Source of the DNA: Candidatus Moranbacteria bacterium UBA1362
Lineage (GTDB): Bacteria > Patescibacteriota > Minisyncoccia > Moranbacterales > GWC2-37-73
Direction of reading: 5' to 3'
Assembly: GCA_002306085.1 (NCBI GenBank)
Contig: DBRS01000014.1
Coordinates: 10,690-74,689 of the forward strand
Length of the DNA stretch: 64,000 nucleotides
In this document: positions 39,477-48,648 of the stretch, one piece after another
How positions within the stretch are numbered: position 1 is the stretch's first letter
How the letters are laid out: each line of letters starts with the position of its first letter
Program-made: the position numbers and the translations under genes
The notes under the pieces: model-generated
Databases searched by the model: none
What the model saw: only the letters and a program-made list of their open reading frames with translations
What the model was told of the DNA's origin: nothing

Positions 39477-41124
39477 TTAATTTTTTATTTTTAATCATCA
39501 TTTGGCGAGCAGCCTTGAGCGCACTTTCCACATCCTTGCCGCTTTTGGCGTATGCTATCCCGATTGAAACACCGGAAAACCTGATCGAGCCCTCAGCTTT
39601 CATCCTGTTGACTTTCGATTTTATCCTTTCAGCAATCGCAAGAATCATTTTCCCGTTTGTATTCGGAAGCAGTATGCAGAATTCATCCCCTCCGATTCGA
39701 GCCACGATGTCTTCATCCCGAAACTCGTTGGAAATGATATTCGCGGTCGCCTGAATAATTTCATCACCGACGGAATGTCCGTATGCGTCATTGATTTTCT
39801 TAAGCCCGTTTATATCGGCTCTTATCACGCCCCCGTTGAAATCCCTTCTTCCCTTGAATTTCTGCAGCTGTTTTTCAAAATACAGCACGTTATGAAGACC
39901 TGTCAGCGCATCATAGGTGCTGATGTGCTGTATTTTCTCCCGCGCCGATTTCCTTCCGCTGATATCCTTCAGAATCGTATATATCAGATCCTTGCCCTTG
40001 TCTTTTATAAGAATGCTCATTTCCTCCACATCGATACATTTTCCGCAAGTTCTCAGGAGTTTTATTTCAGATGACGGCAATGCCATAATGCCGCAAGCCA
40101 GCGACTGAAATCTCTTTGCCACGAAAGAATGGTAGTCGGGTCTGATAAAGTCATAAATGCTTTTTCCGGGATTGGAGCAGAAAAATTTGGCGCCGCACAA
40201 CCCTTCTGCCGCAGGATTTGCAAAAACTATCTTTCCTTTTTCATGCACAATAATGGCTTGGGGCGACAAGTCTACAAGAAGTTTGCCTCTCGCCTCTTCT
40301 TCCCTCATTTTTTTTCCTTTCGCGCGCAATTCATTGATATACAGACAATAGGGCTTCATCAAACCCGCTTCGACAATACCCAAATAAGCCAAATATGCGG
40401 ATAGAACCATCAGGATATGCCGGATATCGCCTGAAGCTGCGAAAAAATACCGATTTCCGGCGAGCAAAAATTCAATCAAAATATTTGCAAACAACGACAT
40501 CTCGATAAACAGGAAAACCAAATTGTCAAAACTGTCTTTTTTATAATGCAGAGAAAAAAGGCCGCCAATCGTGACGGCAAGTGCCGCATATCCCGCAGCA
40601 ATCCCCAGCGGCGTAATTGTTCCGTCAGATAAGATGACTGCGGGAAAAATATTCCACTGAAAAATCGAAAGCAAAACAAAAGCCGTCACGGCGGAGTACG
40701 CAAAAAAACTCAAACCCGCGTTAATTCTTTTTCCGATCAAAAACGGCGCTCCGGCGAACGATGCGCCAAGCATAAAACGCATGACAATACTGACCTGTTC
40801 CTGAAGGTTTCGGTCATATCCGGAAAAAATATCCGCCTCGACAATGGACAACAAATGGAATACTCCGAAAATACCGACAAAGAAATACGCAATGCCCATC
40901 AGGGTGAAAAAGTTGTTCTTCAAATATCTGCGGGAATTCCATACAAGCAGAAAAATGCTCAGAAAAATGGCCACGCTGGCAATTTCAGCCAGTGAATAGA
41001 AAAATAGATCGCTTTTTGTTTTTGCCAAAAAGAGTGCCACGAGAATGATTGCAAACCTCATTACAGGCACCCCATAGGATGCAACACTCATATTCGTCTT
41101 TATGTTGCGGTTACTGAGAAACAA
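39457..41124 (-). CDS. Membrane sensor diguanylate cyclase (multi-TM N-terminus plus PAS plus GGDEF)
   Basis: 555 aa with ~7 N-terminal TM helices and a GGDEF motif RIGGDEFCILLPN. It overlaps the downstream paralog by 20 nt. Confidence 0.85.
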   Translation of the reverse strand: MFLSNRNIKTNMSVASYGVPVMRFAIILVALFLAKTKSDLFFYSLAEIASVAIFLSIFLLVWNSRRYLKNNFFTLMGIAYFFVGIFGVFHLLSIVEADIFSGYDRNLQEQVSIVMRFMLGASFAGAPFLIGKRINAGLSFFAYSAVTAFVLLSIFQWNIFPAVILSDGTITPLGIAAGYAALAVTIGGLFSLHYKKDSFDNLVFLFIEMSLFANILIEFLLAGNRYFFAASGDIRHILMVLSAYLAYLGIVEAGLMKPYCLYINELRAKGKKMREEEARGKLLVDLSPQAIIVHEKGKIVFANPAAEGLCGAKFFCSNPGKSIYDFIRPDYHSFVAKRFQSLACGIMALPSSEIKLLRTCGKCIDVEEMSILIKDKGKDLIYTILKDISGRKSAREKIQHISTYDALTGLHNVLYFEKQLQKFKGRRDFNGGVIRADINGLKKINDAYGHSVGDEIIQATANIISNEFRDEDIVARIGGDEFCILLPNTNGKMILAIAERIKSKVNRMKAEGSIRFSGVSIGIAYAKSGKDVESALKAARQMMIKNKKLNEKSVR

Positions 41125-41279
41125 TATTGATCATAAATTGCACACGCTTTCATCAAGCGGTTAATTATCTTGATACAATTAATATTCAAATATATTTCAT
41201 TGATATCTGTTTTTTTCGGAGACGAAATAATCAGACAAAGCGAATGTATTTATTAAGGTAAAAATAAACTTGCATCTTT

Positions 41280-41429
41280 ATGTGGACGCTGTTTATAATC
41301 CTGCTAATCCTGTGGTTTATCGGACTCATAACCTCCTATACTTTCGGAGGTTTGATCCATATCCTTTTGGTAGCAGCCGTGATACTTCTCATAATCCGGC
41401 TCATTCAGGGACGCACTTCCCGATAAACG
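41280..41429 (+). CDS. lmo0937-family micro membrane protein (49 aa)
   Basis: MWTLFIILLILWFIGLITSYTFGGLIHILLVAAVILLIIRLIQGRTSR has the conserved GGLIHILLV core of this family. It lies in a different frame from the 78-aa ORF listed in the track. Confidence 0.6.
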
Positions 41430-41639
41430 CCGCCAAAAAGTCTGGTAAGGAATATATTCCTTACCAGAAATACGGCCCTTTGCTATACGCAAACGAGGTT
41501 CTTTAATGCAAAGCGCCGGGCGTCGACATTTGCATTTTGCCTGAATTTTGATTAATATTCGCGCAAAGGAGGTATTGGAGATATTAAAGCAATATAAGCA
41601 CCTTAACATCACCAAAAAACAAAGAAAAAAGGAGAAGAA

Positions 41640-42188
41640 ATGTCGACAACAAACAGTTGTGTTTTTATTGATACTGCAAACATCAATGCTTCATTCAGAA
41701 AAATAAAATCAAAACTTGGGCTGTCGGATAAAATCAAGCTTGACTTTGACAACCTGATCAAAATTATAACGGTTGGAAGCAACTTGGTCTCAAAATCCAT
41801 ATACGTGGAATCGAGATCATCAGATGACGGCAGCAGAAAATTCATTGATTTTCTGAAACACAGAGGTTTTAACGTGATCACCAAAGAGATCAAAGTAATT
41901 TCTCTCGACAACGGCGACAAGAAAAACAAGGCAAATTTCGATGCCGAGATAGCATACGACATATGTCAAAGCGTCTGGAAAAGAGAATGCAACAAGGTTT
42001 TTCTTTTCTCGGGCGATTCGGATTTTGCATATGTCACAAGGCAAATTAAAAATCTCGGCATAACCGTGGTCGTGATTTCCTCCAAAAACTCCCTGTCTCG
42101 GGAACTTTTGGAACTGGCGGACAATGTTGTTTACTTGGAAGATCTGCTGACAAATGAACACAACATAACATTTTCAAAACAATCATAA
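41640..42188 (+). CDS. NYN (LabA-like PIN-fold) domain protein
   Basis: 182 aa, with VFIDTANINAS...FDAEIAYD...FLFSGDSDF acidic residues typical of the NYN/LabA nuclease fold. Confidence 0.65.
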   Translation: MSTTNSCVFIDTANINASFRKIKSKLGLSDKIKLDFDNLIKIITVGSNLVSKSIYVESRSSDDGSRKFIDFLKHRGFNVITKEIKVISLDNGDKKNKANFDAEIAYDICQSVWKRECNKVFLFSGDSDFAYVTRQIKNLGITVVVISSKNSLSRELLELADNVVYLEDLLTNEHNITFSKQS

Positions 42189-42529
42189 ACGCCGAATGTT
42201 TTCCGCTTTTATAAAGCAGTTATTGAAGGCAATAAAAAATTCAAAACTATTCCAACAAACCTCCTTTGATTTAGCACCTGAGCCGCCTGAGCAGATTTTG
42301 CCAGACGGCTCTTAAATTTTTCAAATATCTTGGCAGATTTCTCGGCATTGTTTGCGCAAATTTATATTTTTGTGCCCGATGGCATTGCAATTAATTTTTC
42401 CGCATAACTTTTTCTCCCGCTTTTTTAATCAGCCTGAATACAATATTTTTCACATGCGTATAATGATATAATGCAGCTACGGCTGCCATAGAAGCTGATG
42501 TTTTATTAATTTGTTTTTATAAAACAACC

Positions 42530-43579
42530 ATGAAAAAACTTTTTCATCTATCGATGGGACTTATCGTGCTGGCTTTTGTCGCCCATATAATTTTCACAAA
42601 AGCCGTCATGGATAGCGCAGAGGAAAAAAGCGGGCAACCATCAAAACCAAGCATAGTTTCCGAAAAAAAACAGAATCTTCCCAAAAATAACAAAAGAGCC
42701 ATGAATCTGACATCCGACTCGATTCCCGTAATGGCGGAAAAGGAATTTGAAGGCTCCGACTTAAAATTGGATAAAGCGCTCAAAGAAACCGATGAGTACA
42801 CAAGCTATCTTGCAACATACAAAAGCGAGGGTCTTAAAATTTCCGCGGTCATGAACGTTCCCAAAAGCAAGGGTCCGCTTCCGATCATAATTCTCAATCA
42901 TGGGTACATGGATCCGAAAGTATACAAAAGCGGCAGCGGGGTTCCGAGAGAACTGGATTATTTTGCCAAGCACGGCTATGTTGTTTTTCAGTCCGACTAT
43001 CGAGGATACGGAACGTCGGATCTTGATCCAAGCAATGATGTGCGCCCTCGCAGCGGCTATGTTGAAGATGTTCTGAACGCGATCAGCGCGCTTAAAAAAT
43101 CCGATCTCGATTTTCTCGACAAGGAAAACATAGGTATGCTCGGACATTCGATGGGCGGCGGAATAGCACTTAACATCATGGTCACAAAACCTGACAGCGC
43201 GAAAGCGTACGTCCTGCTCGCTCCGATTCATTCCGACTATAAGGTTAACTTTGACAAGTGGGTCAAGACTGAATGGCCTGAAACCGCTCAGCAATTCTAC
43301 AGGATTTATGGAACATATAAAGAAAAGCCCGAGATTTGGGAAAGCTTCTCGGCAAAAAATTATTTTGACAGAATAAACGCTCCCGTGATGCTGCACCAGG
43401 GTTCCGCCGACAGCCAGGTTCCCGCAGAGTGGTCGCGCGATCTTTTCCGTGACCTCAAGGATCACAAAAAAGACGTCGCCTACCATGAATATCCGGGCGA
43501 AGAACACGTTTTCTCATCTGGCGCGCATTCCGTCGCAATGAAAAAAACACTCAGCTTCTTTGATAAGGAATTGAAATAA
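42530..43579 (+). CDS. Alpha/beta hydrolase (S9/dienelactone-hydrolase-like), membrane-anchored
   Basis: 349 aa with an N-terminal TM. It has the nucleophile elbow GHSMGGG and downstream Asp/His (HQGSADSQV, EEHVF). Confidence 0.7.
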   Translation: MKKLFHLSMGLIVLAFVAHIIFTKAVMDSAEEKSGQPSKPSIVSEKKQNLPKNNKRAMNLTSDSIPVMAEKEFEGSDLKLDKALKETDEYTSYLATYKSEGLKISAVMNVPKSKGPLPIIILNHGYMDPKVYKSGSGVPRELDYFAKHGYVVFQSDYRGYGTSDLDPSNDVRPRSGYVEDVLNAISALKKSDLDFLDKENIGMLGHSMGGGIALNIMVTKPDSAKAYVLLAPIHSDYKVNFDKWVKTEWPETAQQFYRIYGTYKEKPEIWESFSAKNYFDRINAPVMLHQGSADSQVPAEWSRDLFRDLKDHKKDVAYHEYPGEEHVFSSGAHSVAMKKTLSFFDKELK

Positions 43580-43701
43580 TCTTCTTATAAAAATCCCTGC
43601 CGAAAGCAGGGTTTTTTATTTGCTGGTAGCCCATATTCAAAAAAGCGCATTTTGCTTGATGCAAGCTGAAATGCGCAAACGTGTTTCTTTTGCCGGACAG
43701 A

Positions 43702-43863
43702 TTATGCCTCATCGTCCCATTTCACACCCTTAGCCCCGAGATATTTCCGAATATTCTTCTGCATGACGCAGCGCACCGTATCGGAAGATATCTTGCCCTT
43801 GGCACGCACGGCTTCGAGCGCTTCATTGAGCCTTATGAGATTTTTCTCTCCGTAGTCATCCAT
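43702..43863 (-). CDS. Small hypothetical protein (53 aa)
   Basis: Not in the ORF track because it is under 60 aa. ATG is preceded by GAGGAGGTAG. It encodes MDDYGEKNLIRLNEALEAVRAKGKISSDTVRCVMQKNIRKYLGAKGVKWDDEA. Confidence 0.4.
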   Translation of the reverse strand: MDDYGEKNLIRLNEALEAVRAKGKISSDTVRCVMQKNIRKYLGAKGVKWDDEA

Positions 43864-44053
43864 CGTCTACCTCCTCTGCAAAAGATTCAACACCTATTGA
43901 ATATAATAAAACACCGGCCGTTAGTCAAACAAAAAAAGCCGGTATTGTCGGCAATTTTTAATCTTCTGCAAGCGCCCCCAATTTTTAATTATACATCTTT
44001 TTTGACAAAAAGTCAAGCGATTAAACCGCTTCAGAAAATACTCCCAAAGCAGT

Positions 44054-44359
44054 CTAAAAATTACCGCGTTCGGTATAATTGCTAATCGCCATAACGAGCT
44101 GCACAAAAAGATATCCTATGAACATGTAGACGAGAAGCGCCACCAAAGTCGTGAATTCCACCACGTATCTCCCCTGAAGCGCCGGCGCCGGAAAAATGCC
44201 ACTAAACGGATTGAGAAGCGGTTCAGTTGTCGCATAAAGCCATCTTACGAACGGGGCATTTTCGCTCGCCCCAAAAAGTCTGAACAAAAAACGAAATCCG
44301 AGAAAAAATGCTATCACTCCTACAATAAAATTTATGAATATTATCATAATTCTGAGCAT
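44054..44359 (-). CDS. YggT family membrane protein
   Basis: 101 aa. FVRWLYATTEPLLNPFSGIFPAPALQG...VVEFTTLVALLV matches the YggT/Ycf19 pattern. Confidence 0.65.
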   Translation of the reverse strand: MLRIMIIFINFIVGVIAFFLGFRFLFRLFGASENAPFVRWLYATTEPLLNPFSGIFPAPALQGRYVVEFTTLVALLVYMFIGYLFVQLVMAISNYTERGNF

Positions 44360-44397
44360 AATTTTGATTAATCACGATTTGAATTTTTCATTTTATT

Positions 44398-44604
44398 TCA
44401 TTGAAAAAACGGGATGTTTCTTACCGAATCGTATACGCTTGCCAAAATTGCAGCCACTGCCGCCGCAATGACGGTCGCGCCTATCGCCCACCCCAATCCA
44501 TAGAAAATTCCTCTTAAAAAATTCCTGCCCGGCGAATTCGCCGATTCGATTCTGTCCGTAAGTTTTCTTACGCTGTTTATGAGCATGTTTACTTCCTCGT
44601 TCAT
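44398..44604 (-). CDS. Small hypothetical membrane protein
   Basis: 68 aa with a C-terminal TM helix (GLGWAIGATVIAAAVAAILASV). Confidence 0.35.
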   Translation of the reverse strand: MNEEVNMLINSVRKLTDRIESANSPGRNFLRGIFYGLGWAIGATVIAAAVAAILASVYDSVRNIPFFQ

Positions 44605-44819
44605 AATTCTTATTACATTTATGCGTAAATTTTTACAACTTGCGATCCGGATGCGTCAAAACTTTTACACGTAAAGATGCGAATATTTTTCTTATCCAAT
44701 ACCATTTTTTGCCCATTTTAAGCCTAATATTGTAATAGAACGAAGGCTGTGCTTCTGTAATATTAAATTTTTTCTTTGAGTACTACATCTTGCAAGTAAG
44801 CATTAAATCCGAAAAAACC

Positions 44820-45755
44820 ATGTACAAAATTCTGATTATGGGTAGCGGCTTTGTTGGACAAGCAACCGGAAAGTCGTTGTCTAAACTGGGACATGACGTG
44901 ATTTTTTGCGACACAGACGAAAGGAAACTTAGAAACCTTGAAAGCGAAGGATTTAAAACGTGCAGAGAAAAAAATTTGGAAGAAATCAGTCCGGATATAA
45001 TATTTTTGACGGTTCCCACTCCGACAAAAAACGGACAAGTCGATTTGAAATTCATACATTCGGCGGCAAAAAGCGTCGCCTCAAAAATAATCAAACGCGC
45101 GAACAATATTCCTCTTGTTGTCGTAAAAAGCACGGTTCCCCCCGGAACAACAGAACACTCAATTATTCCGATTCTTGAAACGTATTCGCAGAAAAAATCC
45201 GGACAGGATTTTGAAACAGCCATGAATCCGGAATATCTCAGGGAAAGATTTGCCGTCAAAGATTTTGAAAATCCAAGATTGATCCTGATCGGCTCAAATA
45301 CAAAAAGGGCCCGGGAAATGCTGTGCAAACTCTATGACCCGTATGCAAAAAAATGCCAGATAGTTTCCGTAACTCCCAAGGAGGCGGAGATGCAGAAATA
45401 CGTGCATAATCTTTGGAATGCGACAAAAATATCTTTCTTCAATGAGATACGGGCACTTTCGGAAAAGACCGGAATAAATCCCGACGCCATTTTCAGACTT
45501 ACGATAAAGAGCGCTGAAGCGTCGTGGAATCCGGAATACGGAATTCGCAATTTCGGGCCATATGGCGGCAGCTGCCTGCCGAAAGATACCGTTGCCTTCC
45601 TTCATTGGTCGAAAAACCACGCCCAAACCGATCTTCCGCTGTTGAGATCCGTAATTAAAGTGAATGAAAATCTCAGAAAAGAATTGGCGCAACCGAAAAT
45701 TTCAAGCGCGCAACCCGCAATCGGAGACAAAATGCATGAGATTCGAAATAACTGA
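44820..45755 (+). CDS. UDP-glucose/GDP-mannose 6-dehydrogenase family protein lacking the C-terminal UDP-sugar-binding domain
   Basis: The N-terminus MYKILIMGSGFVGQATG has the NAD-binding GxGxVG. The catalytic-cysteine motif is GGSCLPKD. The protein ends right after the central domain (...SVIKVNENLRK) at ~311 aa. The third, UDP-binding domain is absent, so the gene is either truncated or degenerate. The TTG at 44790 listed in the track is a less likely start. Confidence 0.7.
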   Translation: MYKILIMGSGFVGQATGKSLSKLGHDVIFCDTDERKLRNLESEGFKTCREKNLEEISPDIIFLTVPTPTKNGQVDLKFIHSAAKSVASKIIKRANNIPLVVVKSTVPPGTTEHSIIPILETYSQKKSGQDFETAMNPEYLRERFAVKDFENPRLILIGSNTKRAREMLCKLYDPYAKKCQIVSVTPKEAEMQKYVHNLWNATKISFFNEIRALSEKTGINPDAIFRLTIKSAEASWNPEYGIRNFGPYGGSCLPKDTVAFLHWSKNHAQTDLPLLRSVIKVNENLRKELAQPKISSAQPAIGDKMHEIRNN

Positions 45756-45766
45756 CAGCACAAATC

Positions 45767-48556
45767 ATGATTGCAGAAACCATCTACAACATGCGAGAAA
45801 TAATTCTGCTTTACGCACCTCTTGGAATAGTGGGAATCTGGCGCTGGAGCGTGTGGCTCTGGCAAAAAATACTCTCATTCCGTTACAGGCCGATTCCGCC
45901 GCTCGCTGAAAAAATTTTTTCCTACTCGATAATCACACCGGTGTACAACGAAGATCCTGAAGTTTTCGCTAGAGCTCTCATATCATGGAAAAATAACGAA
46001 CCGGATGAAATCGTAGCTGTCATTGACCGAAGCGACAAGGCATGTATTGATGTTTTCAAAAAATTTTCCGCAATTTTTGCGGGAGCAAGACTTTTCATCA
46101 CAGATGAGCATGGCAAGCGTCCCGCGCTCGGAAGAGGCATTAAAGCCGCCCGCTCACAAATCTTGGCGCTTGTCGATAGTGACACAATCTGGAACGAAGG
46201 AACCGCAAAAAATGCTCTCTCCCCGTTCCTTGATAGCAGTGTCGGGGGAGTTGCCACACGCCAGACAGTGCTGAATCCCAAGACGTTGGCCCAAAAACTT
46301 TTTGCCATACGGCTCAATCTCCGGTATCTTCACGAGTTTCCCTATCTTTCCGTCACGGGAAGTCTGCTGACCTGCCTTTCCGGCAGAACCGCTTTTTATA
46401 GAAAAAATGCCGTCCTGCCGATAGTCGATAAGATGATTCATGAGAAATTTTTGGGCAAAAAGTGCATAAGCGGAGAAGACAAAAGACTGACTTTCTTGAT
46501 ACAAAAAAAAGGATGGAAGATGAAATATCAGCAAGACGCTATCGTCAGCACTCCCGGAGCTCCCGAACTCGTGAAATTTTTTTCACAAAATCTGCGGTGG
46601 AGCCGCAACAGCTGGCGCACTGACATACGAGCATTCTTCAGTTATTTTCCGTGGAAACAAGAGCCGCCCCTGTTCGCATATCACCTTTTCGACAGAGCCG
46701 TACAGCCGTTCACATTGTTGATAGGTCCCATATATCTTTTCATTTTTATAAGCATGGGCTATTGGAACTTGGCTTTTATCCTGATCGCATGGTGGCTCAT
46801 AAGCAGGACCATAAAACTTTTTCCACACTTGAGACGGAATCCGAAAGATATTTTCATCGTTCCGTTCTTCGTGATTGCTCAATACGTCCTGGCAATACTT
46901 AAAATTTACGGGTTGTTTACGCTCGACTACCATTCCTGGATCACGCGCTGGCACAAAAGCAGATTACGAAAAAAAACATTCATGGAACTTCTTCCTTCAA
47001 GAATGACCGCGATTTTCGTGGTAGGCGGACTGTCATTTGCGCTTGTGCAATATCAATATGATAACTTGCAAAATAGCGAATCAAAGCAACGACAAACGGC
47101 CATTGCTTATACGGAAGATTTTTCGCAATTTGACCTCAATGCAAAACAGCAAAATTTCCAGCGGAAAAGAAACGCTTCAAATACAGTGTCATACATCTTA
47201 AGAAAACCTGATTCGCCCAACTTCATAAATTGGCGGCTCAATCTTTCTCCCGAAGCCTCAAAAAAGATTCTTGCACAGCGGCAATCGGGCTTTTCCGCGT
47301 CACCGGGGACAAAATTCCATATCAACATCGAAGACTTGAAAAATCCCATCTCTGCGGACGATCTCGATCCCATAGGAATGCCGCTAGTTTTTTACAATTC
47401 CTATACGAACACGATTCGCCTCAAGGGAAAAGGCTCGGTGGTGACAATTCCTTATGCGGCCAAAGTCTTGAAAAGTGCGGGCATAACCGAACCTCTCGAG
47501 GAAATATCTCCGGGCGAATGGATACTGAGAAGCGACCTGTATGTTTCAGACGGGGTTACGCTGATCATGGACAAGAAAGACATGAGATCACTGAAAATGA
47601 AAAGTGAGCCTGATAATTTCGTCAAGCTCCATTCTTACAACGGAAGCATCCTGATCAACGGGATAATGGTAACTTCGTGGGATGAAAAAGAATCGAGGCC
47701 CGACTATAAATATGAAGACGGCCGTGCATATATCCGCGCGAAAGAAAACGGAAGGATGGATATCCTTGATTCCGATCTCGGATATCTCGGGTATCCGAGA
47801 TTTTCCATCATCATGGGACTTCCGGAAACAGAAGGAGCGATATATGGCATTTCATGGAAAGTCAACAACAGTTCGATCGGAAAATCCGTGATTACCGGCA
47901 TCGTGAAAAATAACAGGATCCACCACAATTATTTCGGGTTGTATACGTATGGCGCAACCGGCATGGTGATAAGCAACAATGAGGTCTACGAAAATGTACA
48001 GTACGGGATCGACCCGCATGACGACTCCAATAATCTTCTTATTGAAAATAATTATGTGCACAATAATGGAAACCATGGAATAATCGTCTCAAAAAGGGTT
48101 GTTTGCAGCACGATCAGAGGCAACGTTTCGGAACGGAACAGGCTCCATGGCATAATGCTGGATCGCCAGTCAAATTACAATCTGGTGGAAAAAAACATCG
48201 CATCCGCCAATGTGAACGGCATAGCGATATATGATTCTCATTCCAATTTGATCAGAAACAACACCTTCGTGCAAAATCGTTTCGGCGTAAGAGCAAATGT
48301 AAATTCCTCAAACAATATGATTTTTGCAAACACAATGAAGAAAAATGAAAGAGGAATTTTCCTTTACAACGATGCAAAAGGAAATCTGATCTCGGGCAAC
48401 ACAATACGCGAAAACGACCAGGGAGTTTATTTCAAAAAAGCCAGAGAAAACGTGCTTTTCGACAAGCTTGGCTGGAATGACAATAAGATAAACATAAAAC
48501 TTGATGACTATTCTCGAAGCGGGAATTTCATCAGAAAGCCGGGAGGCGTTGAATAA
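45767..48556 (+). CDS. Processive family-2 glycosyltransferase (HasA/NodC/chitin-synthase-like) fused to a C-terminal right-handed parallel beta-helix (PbH1 repeat) domain
   Basis: 929 aa. The N-terminal half has a TM, GT-A motifs D..SD, ALVDSDT, GEDKRLTFL (like GDDRHLT) and QNLRWSRNSW (QxxRW), and then further TM helices. After ~aa 470 come many PbH1-type repeats (NNRIHHNYFGLYTYGATGMVISNNEVYEN...IENNYVHNNGNHGIIVS...EKNIASANVNGIAIYDSHSNLIRNNTF...), as in C5-epimerases and polysaccharide lyases. Confidence 0.75.
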   Translation: MIAETIYNMREIILLYAPLGIVGIWRWSVWLWQKILSFRYRPIPPLAEKIFSYSIITPVYNEDPEVFARALISWKNNEPDEIVAVIDRSDKACIDVFKKFSAIFAGARLFITDEHGKRPALGRGIKAARSQILALVDSDTIWNEGTAKNALSPFLDSSVGGVATRQTVLNPKTLAQKLFAIRLNLRYLHEFPYLSVTGSLLTCLSGRTAFYRKNAVLPIVDKMIHEKFLGKKCISGEDKRLTFLIQKKGWKMKYQQDAIVSTPGAPELVKFFSQNLRWSRNSWRTDIRAFFSYFPWKQEPPLFAYHLFDRAVQPFTLLIGPIYLFIFISMGYWNLAFILIAWWLISRTIKLFPHLRRNPKDIFIVPFFVIAQYVLAILKIYGLFTLDYHSWITRWHKSRLRKKTFMELLPSRMTAIFVVGGLSFALVQYQYDNLQNSESKQRQTAIAYTEDFSQFDLNAKQQNFQRKRNASNTVSYILRKPDSPNFINWRLNLSPEASKKILAQRQSGFSASPGTKFHINIEDLKNPISADDLDPIGMPLVFYNSYTNTIRLKGKGSVVTIPYAAKVLKSAGITEPLEEISPGEWILRSDLYVSDGVTLIMDKKDMRSLKMKSEPDNFVKLHSYNGSILINGIMVTSWDEKESRPDYKYEDGRAYIRAKENGRMDILDSDLGYLGYPRFSIIMGLPETEGAIYGISWKVNNSSIGKSVITGIVKNNRIHHNYFGLYTYGATGMVISNNEVYENVQYGIDPHDDSNNLLIENNYVHNNGNHGIIVSKRVVCSTIRGNVSERNRLHGIMLDRQSNYNLVEKNIASANVNGIAIYDSHSNLIRNNTFVQNRFGVRANVNSSNNMIFANTMKKNERGIFLYNDAKGNLISGNTIRENDQGVYFKKARENVLFDKLGWNDNKINIKLDDYSRSGNFIRKPGGVE

Positions 48557-48648
48557 ATTTTTTTTCGATGCGTATAAATCTTATGATGCTTTTCTATGCG
48601 GATACTCTCCGTTCCTAAAACATTCTTAACAACTTTCATAAAACGAAA

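Noticed and set aside
41270-41506. 78-aa ORF from the track (MHLYVDAVYNPANPVVYRTHN...)
   Set aside because: A different frame in the same region encodes a textbook lmo0937-family micro-protein. The 78-aa frame is proline-rich and low-complexity and has no RBS.
44790-44819. TTG start extending the Ugd-like ORF by 10 codons
   Set aside because: The ATG at 44820 gives the canonical M-x-K-I-x-I-x-G-x-G NAD-binding N-terminus. The extension has no homology support.
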